A DNA stretch of 40,275 nt from Candidatus Dojkabacteria bacterium (GTDB lineage: Bacteria; Patescibacteriota; Dojkabacteria; J137), in NCBI GenBank assembly GCA_047445235.1, contig JBLGEO010000045.1:1-40275 (forward strand), written 5' to 3'. Shown here piece after piece: positions 23,301-31,200 of the stretch. The position numbers and the translations under genes are program-made. Every line of letters starts with the position of its first letter. Position 1 is the stretch's first letter. The notes under the pieces were generated by a model, which saw only the letters and a program-made list of their open reading frames with translations, did not search any database and was not told where the DNA came from.

Positions 23301-26300
23301 GATTTGTTAACTCAAATTCATCCGTTCAGTCTGGAGATGTAAAACAATTACAACTAAGACTTCTAAACGCATATGATGGACTAACTCAGACTCCTGGTCA
23401 GTTAACAGTTTATTTCTCTACCACATCAAGTGGATTATTCTCATTAGGTCAGACCTTTGGAGTGGGGGAGTCAATTGATGCATATTCAATTCCTGAAAAT
23501 CAGAGTGGAGTAGACTTATACTATAAAGATATCCAAGCAGGTAGTGTAACAGTTACTGCTTCAGATTTTTCAACTCCTGCAGAGATTCCAGACACAGGAA
23601 TTACAAATGCTACTCAAACATTCACAGTACAATCGGCTAATTTACAAAATTTGGTATTTATAACTACAGCACAAAGTTTAGTTGTAGGACAAACATCAAA
23701 TGTTATGACTGTTCAAGCTAGAGATGTATTTGGTAATATTGCAACTGTTACAAATATAACACCATTTTACTTGTATACTAATTCTGTAACAGGTCAATTC
23801 TCATTAAGCACAGACTTTAGTGCAGGTCATTTGGTTACTCAATCATCTATGTCTGCAGGAACTTCATCGGTTTCGTTCTACTATAAAGATTTAACTTATG
23901 TTGCACCAAGTTCTAATCCAACTATTACAGTAAGTAATCAATTTCCTAAACCAGTAAGTGATGATTCTATTATCGATGCAGTTCAAATCGAAACAATTAA
24001 TGCAGGTAACATATCTCAAATTACTTATACATCTTCCGATTTAGGTACAACAATTGCAGGTACACCAGCTGCACCAATTACTGCAATATTTAAAAATCAA
24101 TATAATGTAGAAATTCCATTAACATCTACTAAAACTCTTTACTTCTTTAGTTCGTTAGGAGGAGGGCAGTTTGCAAGTTGGAACGGAAGTTCTTGTGGTA
24201 GTTTTGGAATTAGTTCAATAGACATTACAGCACCAAACTCAAGATTTATATTCTGTTATAAATCTTCACAAAGTGGAAGTTCAACAGTTACTGTTTCAGA
24301 TACTAATGTTGTAACACCAGATACCGCTTGGACAAATGCAACTGGAGTGATTGTTGTTGACCCTGGAATAATTACTCAAATAGTATTTAATAATACAAAC
24401 CCACAAGAGATTGTAGCAAGACATACTTCTGCAGAATTAAAGATAGAAACTAGAAATCAATATGGTAATGCTACAGCAGTTACATCTAACAAAACTATTT
24501 TCTTGAGGTCTTCATCTTCAACTGGAGAGTTTGCATTATCGCCTGGTGGTTCTTGGGGAATTAATTTTGCAACAATTCCAAACGGACAGAGTGGAGTTTC
24601 TACTTACTATAGGGACTCAACAGCTACAACTGGAACTCCACTAACAATTACTGCAGCAGATTCTCTTCCATTAATTCCAGACACTGCTTGGACAAATGGA
24701 ACTCTAAATATAAATATTTCTCAACAAGTAGTTCAAAACTTTTTGGTAACAAACATTTCAGATCCACAAGTACAAGGTAATTCTAGTTCCGTAATTGTAG
24801 TTGCAAGAGATTCGGAAAACTTTACAGTAGATTGGTATACAGGTACTATTCACTTTACATCTTCAGATTCAAACGCAATTTTACCTGCTGACTATACATT
24901 CACAGCTGCAGATAAAGGCTTAAAGACTTTTGTTAATGGAGTTGCATTCGCAACAATTGGTGAGCAATACGTAAGGGTTACTGATGGCAATGGCGTAACT
25001 GGTGAACAAATAAACATAACTGTGAATACAAACCCAGCTGGACCAATAACTCAAGTTAGATTTAAAGATGCTACATCACCAACAATAGTACAAACTAATG
25101 TTGCCTCTACACCATTTACTGTTCAATTAAGAGACTCTAATGGGCAGGGTGCTAATGCTGGAGTTGGAGGATTCCAAATACGAGTAAGTTCAACATCTGG
25201 TACAGGACAGTTCTCATCTAGTGCAAGTGGGCCATGGAGTAGCTCTGGAGTGTTTACAATTCCTCAAAACTTTAGTGTAGTAAATGTTTATTATAAAGAT
25301 TCAGCATCAGGTAACTTTACATTAACTGCAAGTGATTGGATTTCAAATACAGATGATATTGGAATATCTAATGACACGTTATCTATAATATCAAATACAG
25401 TTCTAGTTATAGTAAATACACAATTGCAAGTTAACAATAACTCACACCAATATGTAAACTCACCAGTAATATTTGCAAAAGATGATAGCGGAAGTTTTAC
25501 TGCAAAGTCTGATTTTCAAATTTCAACTACAGATGCACTTGCTGGTACTCCTAAAGCATCTAATCTAACAATCAATTGGAAAAACCCAGCAGGCGTAACT
25601 GTTCAAACAGGTACTGTTACAAATACAAGCTCTACAGTATTTACAGTTCCTGAATTTACAGGAACAGTTGCTACTGGAAACTATACTTTAGAAATTGTTG
25701 CTGCAACAGTAGATACAAGCTTCAATGTAACAAGTAGTACAAATGTACCAGTGTCTGGTTGGACTGCAAGTGTTAATTATAATCCAAACAATATAAACCT
25801 AGGACAACCAGTGGCTTTTACTATTCAAACAAAATTAGATGGAGTATTTACAGATCCTACAAACTTAACTGTAAATGTAAAAGATAATAACGGAACAGAT
25901 GTTGTTGGCGCAGCGTATTCAAAAAATCTTTCAGAATTAACCAAAGATTCGACAGGCAATTACTCTGGAACATTAACTTCAGTTAATTTATTAGCTGGAC
26001 AAGCATACTACTTATATACAAGAATATTTGATTCAAATACATTAGCTGAAGATAATAATAACGATATATTCTTCCAGAATAATCCAACAATAGCACCAAA
26101 GAACTTTAGAATCGCAAAGACTTTAACTTCAACAGCTCCTGATGCAGAAACTTATAACTTAAACTTTAACTGGGATCTATCTGATTTCGCAATAACTTAT
26201 AACTTATACAGAAGCACTAATAAATTTAATGTACTATTTTCAGATACTTGTTCATTAGACGATATTAAATTTGGCCATAGGTTCGGCGAAGTTGGTGCAA

Positions 26301-27157
26301 TAACACCATTCTGCGAAACAACTATTAGTCAAAATGTAAATGTAGACGATGCGACATCATGGGTAGAAATGGCTACAATAAATAATCCAACTAATAGCTA
26401 CGCTATTGATTGGTCAACAGTTCAATCAACTCTAAGTTCTGGAACTTATTACTATGTACTAAGAGCTAATAATGCAGCTGGCGAGAGTGCTTACTCAACA
26501 ATGGTATTTTCATCAAGAAGGAATTACAACTTTAATGCTACTCTTGCAAATACTAACTGGATTTCAATTCCATACGAATCTGTTTATTCGAAAGCATCTG
26601 ATATTGTTAACGAAATTGAAGGTGGTACTGGTTCAGGTACAAATAAAAAAATAAATACTGTTACATTATGGAGACCTACTCCTCAAGATGTTGAATCTTA
26701 TAAGTACAATCCATTACTAGCAAAGTGGGTGGGAACAGACTTTAATATTAGTCCTGGAGATGGAATTTCATTAATACTTTCTGGTACTACTCAAAATTTT
26801 GATTGGACAGTTGCAGGAAACGATGTTGTTCAGCAAAAAACATTTACATTCAATGCTGACAACACAAATAGAAATTGGTTATCTATTCCATATTCAACAA
26901 AATTTGCAACAGCTTCAGATATTGTAAAAGACTTAGAAGGTAGTTTAGGATCAAGTACTAATCAAAAGATTACTTCGATTAACGTATGGGATTCATCAAC
27001 ACAAACCTTAAATACATATTCATACAGTAGTGGTTTAGGTTCTTGGACAGGTTCAAACTTTACGATAAACCCTGGCGATGGAATTTCAATAAATTTATCT
27101 GGGAATTCGTCAGGTGTTAACTGGACACCTTACTTAATAATTAATCCAAATAAGTAG
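8312..27157 (+). CDS. Giant (6281 aa) putative surface/adhesin protein with IPT/TIG, ALK/LTK-like glycine-rich and Ig-like repeats
   Basis: Uninterrupted 18.8 kb ORF. Basic N-terminus followed by one hydrophobic segment (VLSFLVVVLVASLLVFIF). T/S/G/N/V-rich. IPT signatures GG..VTITG.NF and VDV.V.NPDG, Gly-rich units, FYYKD repeats. Confidence 0.93.
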   Translation: MKKLNLLKNNFVAQIRNFVQKLKNGLSNFRGILNKEFLLRHYKVLSFLVVVLVASLLVFIFRPKTPVNLDFNFTDKPIAFSDIKKSASVELTETENQYVAHPNGDLVQYSKSGQSTNGSVSLLNLNAKNKPSLGIHFTSSDNLNSTLDGSNVSYQGINYTIKYSTFDKFIKEDIVLLNPNSAKEFKFELTSSEDLTLTKTNDGGINVEQNGNLVYYIYPATAKDSNDKQIDYTYEVDGKSITLKPLTLAQFENAKYPITIDPTIAWSFSTSVEYTLSDEAKIEIQSGLVRLKDNSGYATDDPYVINNNGVTYNTLSGFSEILGGNNQGSIQYQLTNNGTDWYWWNGSAWTVTVAGFSESNTAAVVNTNISTFPTDIGIGKLQFKAFLHAATSATQVELSNVNIIYFSSTAPTTTSLSQNSGSSVGGNDITINGSNFDDALKTSTFTYTGADQAYTVPAGVTSIHVKMWGAGGGGGTRGSGWDFGYDGGAGGYTEADIAVTPGQTLNVMVGGGGFSGLTTATGYSYGGGGRNCGGSDCSYGGQGGGRSAIQISSEDILTAGGGGGGGSSVTSYTEGFGGAGGGTTGQDGVEVGNATTAGTGGTQSAGGTGGVTNVGYPGTAGSKYLGGYAAGQSYGSGGGGGWYGGGGGGYLNSFMGGGGGGSSYIAGAGVSNASTIAGNLNNQPKSDDFDNSGAGKGGATRVDGSHGRVIINAITKSVKFGNTEAHNIRVTDSNTLIVTVPQHTPATVDVTVTNSDGQIATLSNAYTFNAPSITSLSSTSGSSAGGNDVTITGTDFDSKVASQTFTYTGSDQIYTVPQGVTSIRVKIWGGGGAGGNPGSWTQGYPGGGGGYTTADIEVTPGQNLNVMVGAGGSHTANSLYNYGGGGPNCGGTDCQYGGQGGGRSAIKYNNQDLVTAGGGGGGGSSLQHNYSENGGAGGGPTGDNGLNGENSTSGGRGGTQSAGGAGGVAGNIGAQPGQKYTGGRPNSPYSYGGSGGGGYFGGGGGAYYSTTMGGGGGGSGYIGGSGVSNGTTIIGTSKVQANPEDPLNSGAGGGGNQSVDGTSGKVVIDILPKSVTFGGVPATNIRYTNATTIVATVPIHAAGTVDVVVTNPDGQSSTITNSYTFIGPIGTSVSPNTGSTVGGTDVTITGTNFSKSVSTMTFSFSGGDQTYTVPEGVTSIKVKVWGAGGAGGKVGGWGYGAPGGGGGYTTSDITVTPGQTLTVMVGGGGSAAGIDLDTYGGGGRTCTRAECVYGSQGGGRSAIRVSGEDILTAGGGGGGGSTRTPSYSMAGGAGGGDVAQTGFSDEYASGAGKGGTQIAGGAGGVTPSATGDAGYKYSGGWGALGFPYGGSGGGGWYGGGKGEYYEPNTMGGGGGGSGYIGGAGLVNPYMYTGDKTTQAFSTDPDNGGAGAGGAASTDGQNGRVVIYALPVKVKIGGVEATNINYVNSTTITATLPQGTLGAKDVEVINPNGDSSTITNGFTYASPNPTSVTPSTGSTFGGETITITGTNFGNLTPKTYISTGTDQSYTVPAGVTSIRVKMWGAGGGGAGIGSWNFGYSGGGGGYTTADVAVTPGDVLTVVVGAGGIDGQLGATGNMYGGGGAACISSDCRYSAAGGGRSSIRFGGEDILTAGGGGGGGSARALDVSQSGGGGGGTYGENGKSDYPTANGLGATILNGGLGGIANTANGNSGTKYQGGATQLNSYGGGGGGGYYGGGAGGFFEIASSSRMGGGGGGSGYIDGTGVSKGLMIAAIGTTQANSSDVDNGGAGLGGAQYTAGKHGKVIITPLGINVSVGGVTARDIRFVSSTTLTVVTPTNSPGVKDVVVTSPDGYSSTLVGGYTYVGSSLNSITPNFGTTNGGTNVTIDGDNLSAGLETKTYDFTGRDQIFIVPEGITSVFVKEWGAGGGGGDNLNWGYGYAGGAGGFTTSEVTVTPGQQLTVMVGSGGVPGRTSNAYSFYGGAGNNCVADCNYAGQGGGRSAIRVSGEDILTAGGGGGGGTSRSNILRQIGGAGGGLLGQDGISDSVLTAGGKGGTQSSGGSAGVAGGGNGTAGSKYTGGNSYSAYGGSGGGGWYGGGAGSYQEPNTMAGGGGGSGYIGAPGLVNPFTIMGDYNVQPFSTDTDNSGAGAGGAANVAGKPGRVVVTTAPSSLYFGSEKAINLKLVDVHTLTGTTTPNTAGAKDVSLFLPDGNSATLSNGFTFIPPPVITSINPAFAAEAGGTQIVITGTGFIDTPTITFGGVSATSVTFVSSTTLNVVAPAHALGNVDIVIANPDGTSSTFTNGIQYIVALSKITSIDPTVSPVGGGTNVTITGENFGPAISSLKFGNTDAINPVYVNSTTITATTPAHSLGLVDVVLNQEDGQTSTLANSFTFANPPVITNISPTNVIKTGGSTITITGTSFEQTPQVKFGGVNATSVLYVNSTTLTVVAPAHFLGLTDVQVINPDTLAVTYTNGVNYVEAPPSITSVTPNSGPTLGGTDVTISGTNFLNGQGTVGNGRDGSVIVASNKNINTDIISGSRTCADAINYSVTGLSSTQATLSTSPTNDCLAVDDEVMLINLQGTNSNNTNVGNYEFFYVSAITGNSVEFSNIKTKFYGDGANDDNNIGTASTNQKVMLQRVPNYQNVAVNVGSTLTSSGWDGTKGGVLFFRNNGTLTINGSISASGKGYRGGQGLTNGSDYTQGESYTGVGSAATTANAGGGGVGTGEGSVFNGTSSSGGGGGSYGTAGTDGFQASGTTQGSAGNTYGTNTLDKLFLGSGGGGGGAVNFGSGSGTFGGNGGNGGGIVMINSANIGIGGTIGSNGSNGINGNSNGGYGGSGGGAGSGGSIFISSSSLDLGSSNVIANGGSKGIGGAAGEAGTDGGDGGAGRVAVYSDSITGSTSPSAYQGSIGNSISSIAVDFDGVSATNITYVNSTTLTATTPANAGGPADVKVTNTDGQSDTLHNGFLYASDRYSFISPVLNIRATEPGTMVVQAQDVLGNPILVDTDTTLSLSSTSTSGFFAIDLNENESTRWDYNSVVILAGTSTSTFYYKDNQKGTPTITAEPTEGAISIPATQNAAIKSKFQLLLTGISDPIKVGVPSSVTVISVDYLGNPQHDYQGTVQFSSTDPATLFPANFTYQLSMLGEHTFVNGVTLVTQGDFCVSVTDVDDADITGSQCNITVDPPDVGTIAKLKILNGTQTIPLDGITTEITVQTQDTNGTAIPVGVITPIYFYTNSSTGEFSTDGVTWSNGPFTSQISAYATSKNFFYRDPTLGAHIIVVRDDSVGNSNGTGTNVGWENDTATITTAVGSANKLALYGVPTSLTAGDVSSAISISMQDVDGNNLTATQDKTVYLTANPNTILFSVDGVSSFTNSLSTKIKTGDLLTQVYIKSLVKGSTDITLSDANPADGDTGLVDSVKNITINAAAANKLILIDGPSQVIAGDVSNVFTVQLQDIYNNPVSPISNFPIYLSTNNSDGVFSATSFGTTITTLNIPAASDSVNFYFKQNKYFTTQTINIADTIGGFGAGGLTDAQTTIDILPGTISQLGILESSPYSAVAGVEAGPFTAVIKNTFNVEVPTSQDIQLYLYTNSVAGTKEFSILSSPWTPITSYLLPTSQSRFTFFYKDTKAATTTIKVSDDNNPSFEFGLTNASIDLAIAAATPSAVKFTSSPQTADAGVATGAITVSLYDQYNNVAKSAAGTTVNLASTSGTGRFDTASNGAFDGSITSVNVNTDQSVATFYYKDTTAGTPTITLTSSGLSGDTQDQTIVYGNVTSFNLSSVSSTVTAGVSSSAITLKTFNAGNVNVPVPSDFTVNIASNNITGKFDTASNGGFLGVVTSVTVLANQSSVDFYYKDSLASNVTITASKNTFTNATFNLAVTAAAASKLAFKDSSLAALNLGQQSAAIFIQSQDSFGNQSVVTTDTNVYLHSNSANHQFFNQSNSVVTNVVLTNGSSETQFSYKDFVIGTYTITLSDFTYPDSPDVGLTNASKDITITNGAPAKFQLTKLSQDLLVGTPELVTLKLLNAYDQEVPATSDTQVNLSSTSGTGSFDTVSNGSFNLNSVTVLNGDSTATFYYKDTTVGTPTVSAARNGFTTGTTTFNLQPSTVFRLVFDSVQQSVVAGVSSNVYIIKFRDQYGNYTVPQSPFTINLASQEATAQFATSNVGPWNVTSIDVNINDLDARFFYKDTVAGIKTLTASSNLLQSGTQNVTITANTPTTMKFVPNVGQTVAGQIASGAITVVLYDQYNNIAKPSSSVTLNLTSDSSHYEFSKTVVPWTPVTSVDITSSESQSVFYYKDWIVGTPTITVTDNANVIDPINLQFTIIASDASKLVISTAPQTTIINTPTNNITFFVADINNYKTAFNSDSQVFVSSDSVGGQFSKDNGETWTTTLTFDIQASTDTERSFIYVDSVEGNPQITISSSGLTSATQIETMITGTINKVVIGGDGNVAAGTPLALNIQTLNNADLAVSVNEDTILTLLSTSTTGEFSLSNSVWTPITEFTLVKWQNQKVIYYKDTISGTATITVNAKISQGWTDGTKLIDVTSAAYSRIIFLQHPASVVADTLSTQFTVQTVDQFGNLVGTSDRTVYIYVPASGNISLNGTTFVGTTTALTLLDGDFSGSFYYKDVLPGNKVITASDQTPLDAPDTGVINATANINVLGQTVAGIRVTTTAQTGSLKLTAGQISSVITIEAYKANNSAAIVGTPLQIDLSAIPSSVGKFTATSDVSANAITSVTISTGSTTANVYFTTNVANTYTLNFDSTAITGDTQQIEFQAATASKLVFRTSVQSKGAGVESDQFRVSLQDQFDNLATEATDTTLILSSTSSTGLFSVLNGLAWVDTNQITLSASTSDIYFYYKDTVAGTSVLTVDETPSLGITAATQNFTVTSGSVASIRFLTTTNTLQVNQPSNAMTVSVYDVFGNQTTTQSDLNIYYYSTSGTGSFASSNLFSSTITSAIITAATSSSTFYYKDTTSNNPVITVSDQPSLDSPDIGITNATQTQTIILGAVAKLRFVNSNSSVQSGDVKQLQLRLLNAYDGLTQTPGQLTVYFSTTSSGLFSLGQTFGVGESIDAYSIPENQSGVDLYYKDIQAGSVTVTASDFSTPAEIPDTGITNATQTFTVQSANLQNLVFITTAQSLVVGQTSNVMTVQARDVFGNIATVTNITPFYLYTNSVTGQFSLSTDFSAGHLVTQSSMSAGTSSVSFYYKDLTYVAPSSNPTITVSNQFPKPVSDDSIIDAVQIETINAGNISQITYTSSDLGTTIAGTPAAPITAIFKNQYNVEIPLTSTKTLYFFSSLGGGQFASWNGSSCGSFGISSIDITAPNSRFIFCYKSSQSGSSTVTVSDTNVVTPDTAWTNATGVIVVDPGIITQIVFNNTNPQEIVARHTSAELKIETRNQYGNATAVTSNKTIFLRSSSSTGEFALSPGGSWGINFATIPNGQSGVSTYYRDSTATTGTPLTITAADSLPLIPDTAWTNGTLNINISQQVVQNFLVTNISDPQVQGNSSSVIVVARDSENFTVDWYTGTIHFTSSDSNAILPADYTFTAADKGLKTFVNGVAFATIGEQYVRVTDGNGVTGEQINITVNTNPAGPITQVRFKDATSPTIVQTNVASTPFTVQLRDSNGQGANAGVGGFQIRVSSTSGTGQFSSSASGPWSSSGVFTIPQNFSVVNVYYKDSASGNFTLTASDWISNTDDIGISNDTLSIISNTVLVIVNTQLQVNNNSHQYVNSPVIFAKDDSGSFTAKSDFQISTTDALAGTPKASNLTINWKNPAGVTVQTGTVTNTSSTVFTVPEFTGTVATGNYTLEIVAATVDTSFNVTSSTNVPVSGWTASVNYNPNNINLGQPVAFTIQTKLDGVFTDPTNLTVNVKDNNGTDVVGAAYSKNLSELTKDSTGNYSGTLTSVNLLAGQAYYLYTRIFDSNTLAEDNNNDIFFQNNPTIAPKNFRIAKTLTSTAPDAETYNLNFNWDLSDFAITYNLYRSTNKFNVLFSDTCSLDDIKFGHRFGEVGAITPFCETTISQNVNVDDATSWVEMATINNPTNSYAIDWSTVQSTLSSGTYYYVLRANNAAGESAYSTMVFSSRRNYNFNATLANTNWISIPYESVYSKASDIVNEIEGGTGSGTNKKINTVTLWRPTPQDVESYKYNPLLAKWVGTDFNISPGDGISLILSGTTQNFDWTVAGNDVVQQKTFTFNADNTNRNWLSIPYSTKFATASDIVKDLEGSLGSSTNQKITSINVWDSSTQTLNTYSYSSGLGSWTGSNFTINPGDGISINLSGNSSGVNWTPYLIINPNK
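9539..14910 (+). repeat. Five tandem ~1.07 kb units, each an IPT/TIG domain with an inserted ALK/LTK-like glycine-rich domain
   Basis: Each unit reads ITG.NF, then (S/T)G.DQ.(Y/F).VP.G(V/I)TS..VK.WG.GG, C-x3/4-C, GGGRS.I, TAGGGGGGG, GGGG.S.YI, G(R/K)V, then V.FG...DV.V..PDG. Approximate starts 9539, 10619, 11690, 12765, 13845. Confidence 0.9.
17160..25390 (+). repeat. About 22 degenerate ~115-130-aa Ig-like repeats ('FYYKD' modules)
   Basis: Recurring order: L.F....Q....G..S, then (Q/Y)D.(F/Y).N, L.S.S.TG.F, FYYKD...G, T(N/D)A.Q. About 22 copies counted by eye. Confidence 0.85.
26522..27130 (+). repeat. Tandem duplicated ~100-aa C-terminal domain
   Basis: Two copies of FNA....NW(I/L)SIPY......ASDIV...EG..GS.TN.KI.....W...Y.Y......W.G..F.I.PGDGIS..LSG......WT. 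Confidence 0.9.
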
Positions 27158-27253
27158 AAAATTTATGAGCAAAAAAACCGTAAACAGTCATCCAAATTGT
27201 AATCCGAACTTAATTCTGATATATTATTTTGATAAGGCTAAAACTGCATTAGT

Positions 27254-28234
27254 ATGAAGTTATTAAAATTCTTCTACATATCTTTGATTGCAACACTAGC
27301 TCTCACTGCATCTTTAAGTGTAAAGGTTAACGCTGCTTCACCAGTATCGTTTGCATCTGCACCTCTTGCAATAACTTTAACTAATCCAGCCCAAGGGCAA
27401 ATAATAATAACTAGTAGCTTACTGTTTACAGGTCAGGCACCAACTGGAGTAATAGTAACCGTAACTATCCAGGATGAAGACTATCAAAAATCTTTTCAAG
27501 TTCACGAAGCAAATTTAATAATAAATGGTACTACAACTAGCGATAGAAAAGGTGATTGGGTTTACGTTCCTTCAAAGAATTTAGTACCTGGTAAGTATTC
27601 GATAGTTGCAGCATTTCAAAATGAAAATAACGGAAGTATTAGTACAGATAAGGTATTTTTTACTGTTGCAGATGAGAACGGATTAACTTCTTGGTTTAGT
27701 ATTCCTGGTGTGACACTAGTTCTTGTTATAGCAGTAGTAATAGCTGCACTAGTATTTATACTTATGAAATTGATGAATGGCAGGAAGAGAACATTTATGT
27801 TGCATACAACAGCTGGTGATATTCCAGTAAGGGAAATTATTGATGAACATAATAATGTTGAGATTGTGCCAGTAACCGAACCTATGATCAATTTAGGTTC
27901 TTCTGTGCAGCAAACATTCGTACAACCCACAGTTCAACCTACAGTTTATCCCCAACCTCAACAAGTTTTTATTCAACAACCACCTGAAACTGCTTTACCA
28001 GCTCGAAGTATTCAGCAAGTAATAAACGAGAAAAGAGCAGACGTCCAGCTTTCTTCACCTAGTTTTTTACGACCAACAAACGTTCAACTTGTTGGTCCAC
28101 CTTTACAAGAAACAACAAATACTGATGCGACTGTACAATCAAACCCTGTAACTCAACCGCCTAGTGTACCAAATATAGATAGTCAACAACCGACTACTAC
28201 GCCAATTGTAAATAATGTGCCACCACAAATTTAA
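27254..28234 (+). CDS. Type I membrane protein: signal peptide, Ig-like domain, TM helix, Pro/Gln/Thr-rich tail
   Basis: MKLLK...VNA signal peptide. Ig-like TTSDRKGDW...LVPGKYSI. TM VTLVLVIAVVIAALVFIL followed by RKR. Low-complexity P/Q/T/V tail. Confidence 0.8.
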   Translation: MKLLKFFYISLIATLALTASLSVKVNAASPVSFASAPLAITLTNPAQGQIIITSSLLFTGQAPTGVIVTVTIQDEDYQKSFQVHEANLIINGTTTSDRKGDWVYVPSKNLVPGKYSIVAAFQNENNGSISTDKVFFTVADENGLTSWFSIPGVTLVLVIAVVIAALVFILMKLMNGRKRTFMLHTTAGDIPVREIIDEHNNVEIVPVTEPMINLGSSVQQTFVQPTVQPTVYPQPQQVFIQQPPETALPARSIQQVINEKRADVQLSSPSFLRPTNVQLVGPPLQETTNTDATVQSNPVTQPPSVPNIDSQQPTTTPIVNNVPPQI

Positions 28235-31200
28235 TGAACATATTTAACAGAAATAAAATTTTAAAGATAACTCAAAAACTAATAATATATAGTTTTGGGT
28301 TCTTTTCATTTTTTTCTCTCTTTAATTTAAGTGCACTGCATATCTCAGCTGATTCGATTTTTAATCTAATGGGATTGGTAAAGTACTCTGATGGAAATGC
28401 TACCCAAGGTGGGAACGCATCCAGTCCAAATAGTTTTGCAATCGCAAGAGCTTATCGAAGTAATATAGATGGAAATATTAAGAACTCAAATAAACCAAGT
28501 GATGGTCGAATATATCCTGCTGGTTATACAGGAGTGAGTGATCCAGCATACTTTCTTTTTGATGTTGGTAGTTCGGCATGGAATCCAGCACCAAATGCCG
28601 GTGATATCTCCATTACCGTATTAGAAACTTATACGGGGCAAAATGGTTGGAATGGCCCAAGTTATGTTGCAGGGGTAAAATCTATATTAACCCAAGATGA
28701 TTTAAAAGCTAACGGTCTAGACTACAATACTAGTAACGCGGTAATGGAACAGATACCTACACCTACTTTAGTAACAAGGAGTCTTTCTACGATAGAAGTT
28801 GGATGGAATGGTCTATGGGATAACAATTCTGGACTTTCCGGAGGCGCAGACAATAATACAGTTACAGGTTATTCAGTATATAGAAGTGATAACCAAGCAG
28901 CTTACGTGTTAGTTGGATCAGCAAATCAAACAGCAGGGCAGAGTGTTAGCTACGAAGACTCAAGTGTGGTACTTGGGCATTCGTATACATATAAATTAAA
29001 AGTGAGATTTGAATGGAGTGCACATTCTCCTGCGTATTACGAAAGTATTGCAGAAGGTTCTGCATCTGCACAAATATCACCTGAAACACCTAATCCAGAC
29101 AGGATTGCATTCACAACTGGAGAGCAAAGTATAACAGCTGGTACAAAATCTAATGTCATGATAATTCAAAGTAGGGATGTGGGTGGAAATGACACACCTG
29201 TGCTATCCGATACAACAATTGATTTATCTTCAAATTCAAATTCTGTAAATAAACATTTTTACTCAGTAGATCAAGCCTTATGTACTAATAATGTGATTAG
29301 CAGTGTAGTCATTACATCTGGAAATTCAACTGCCCAATTTTGCTACTACGATGAATCAGCAAATTCATCTGGCTGGACTTTAACAGCACATAAAACAAAT
29401 CCACCAGAGGGAAGTTGGTTAGATGGTACACAAAATATTGTTGTAAACCCAGCTGCAATAGCTTCATTCCAAATGAGTTTAACTTCTCCTCAAAGTAATA
29501 AGACAGCATTTAGCGGTGTAAATACATTAACTGCTTTTGATACATATGGGAATATTAAAACAAATTTTAATGCCGCAACCGATAATATAACCTTTAGCTT
29601 TAGCCCAATAGACGGAACACTTTCAGGTTTGGCTGGTGCATCTTCTAATCTTTTGAATAATATTTCTGATTTCACAAGCGGAGTTGCTAATGTGACTAGT
29701 AGAATAATATTCTCTGGTACATCTGGTAATCATACATTTACTGCAACATCATCTACTGGAAAAACAATAACAAGTAATTCTATATTCATACAACCAGCAA
29801 CTGCAACACATCTAAGTGTTATAGTGCCTGCTAGTATAACGGCTGGAACACAGTTTAATATAACAACTATTACAGCACTCGATGAATTTAATAATATAGA
29901 TACTAATTATAATGGTAACTACGTTGTAAATTATTCTGGTCCTCAAAATAGTTCACTTGGGAATTCACCAGCCTATACATCACCTGTAAACTTTACTAAT
30001 GGAGTTTCTACAACAGCCTTATCTACAACACTTGTTAAGTCAGAAACTACTTCTATTAATGTTACAGTTGGTGGTTTAACAGGAGTTTCAAATCAATTTA
30101 CAGTACAACCAGAAGCTGCAACAAGTCTTAATGTTAGCGCACCAGCAACTGTAACCGCAGGTGTAGATTTTAATATCAACCCAATTACTGCTTACGACCA
30201 ATTTGGAAATATAGATACTAATTACACTGGAACAAAAACATTAAATTATTCTGGTCCTAGTACTGGTCCAACTTCAGGCTCACCAAGATATACAACTCAA
30301 GTAGCTTTTGTAAATGGTTCGAGTACTACAACTTTAGTAACTCAATTAGTTAAAAGAGAAGTAGTTGCGATTACAATTGGCGATGGGAATATTAATGGTG
30401 TAACTTCAAGTATTAATGTAAGTGCTGGTCAAGTAGGAACCATTAGTTATGTATCTGGTAATAATCAAACAGCAACAATAAATACATTCCTTGCAGATCC
30501 ATTTATAGTTGAGGTAAAAGATATTTTTGGTAACTTAAAAAACAATTACCCTGTACCTTTTGTTATTACAAAGAGTAATGGATTCTTATCAATTAGCAAT
30601 CCTTTAACAGCAAGTGATGGTAGAGCATCTCAAAGTTTTAGATTAGGTTCAGTTGCTGGAGTAGACTCAGATGAAGTTCAAGTACAAATAGATGGGGCAG
30701 TAGGATCACCAATTATATTTAAAGCAACTGCAACTCCAACAGGACTGGCTAATTTGCTTGTTTCAGCACCAAACACTGCTACTGCAGGAGTACAATTTAA
30801 TTTAAGCCTTTCCTTAGTAGATGCTCAAGGTAATTTGATTAGCGATTTTACTGGTACAAAAGTAATTTCGTATTCTGGTGCTAGTAGTAGTCCTAGTGCA
30901 GATACACCTAATTACACTACATCAGTTGATTTTACAAATGGAACTGCAAGTGTTCCAACAACACTTGTAAAAGTTGAAAGTGTAGTGCTTTCATTAAATA
31001 TTGCTGCAGATAATTTAACTGGGACATCAAACCCTATCCTTGTAAACCCTGCAACTACAATGAACTTTACAGTTGTTGCACCCACCACAGTACAATCTGG
31101 AGTTAGTTTCAATTTAGTTTCAATTAAAACTATTGATCAATTTGGTAATTTTTCTACAGACTACAATGGAGAAAAAACCTTAGTCTATTCCGGTCCTGGC

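Noticed and set aside
26522-27130. DGR template/variable repeat pair
   Set aside because: Both copies are in-frame coding, differences are not adenine-specific, and no reverse transcriptase is in the window.
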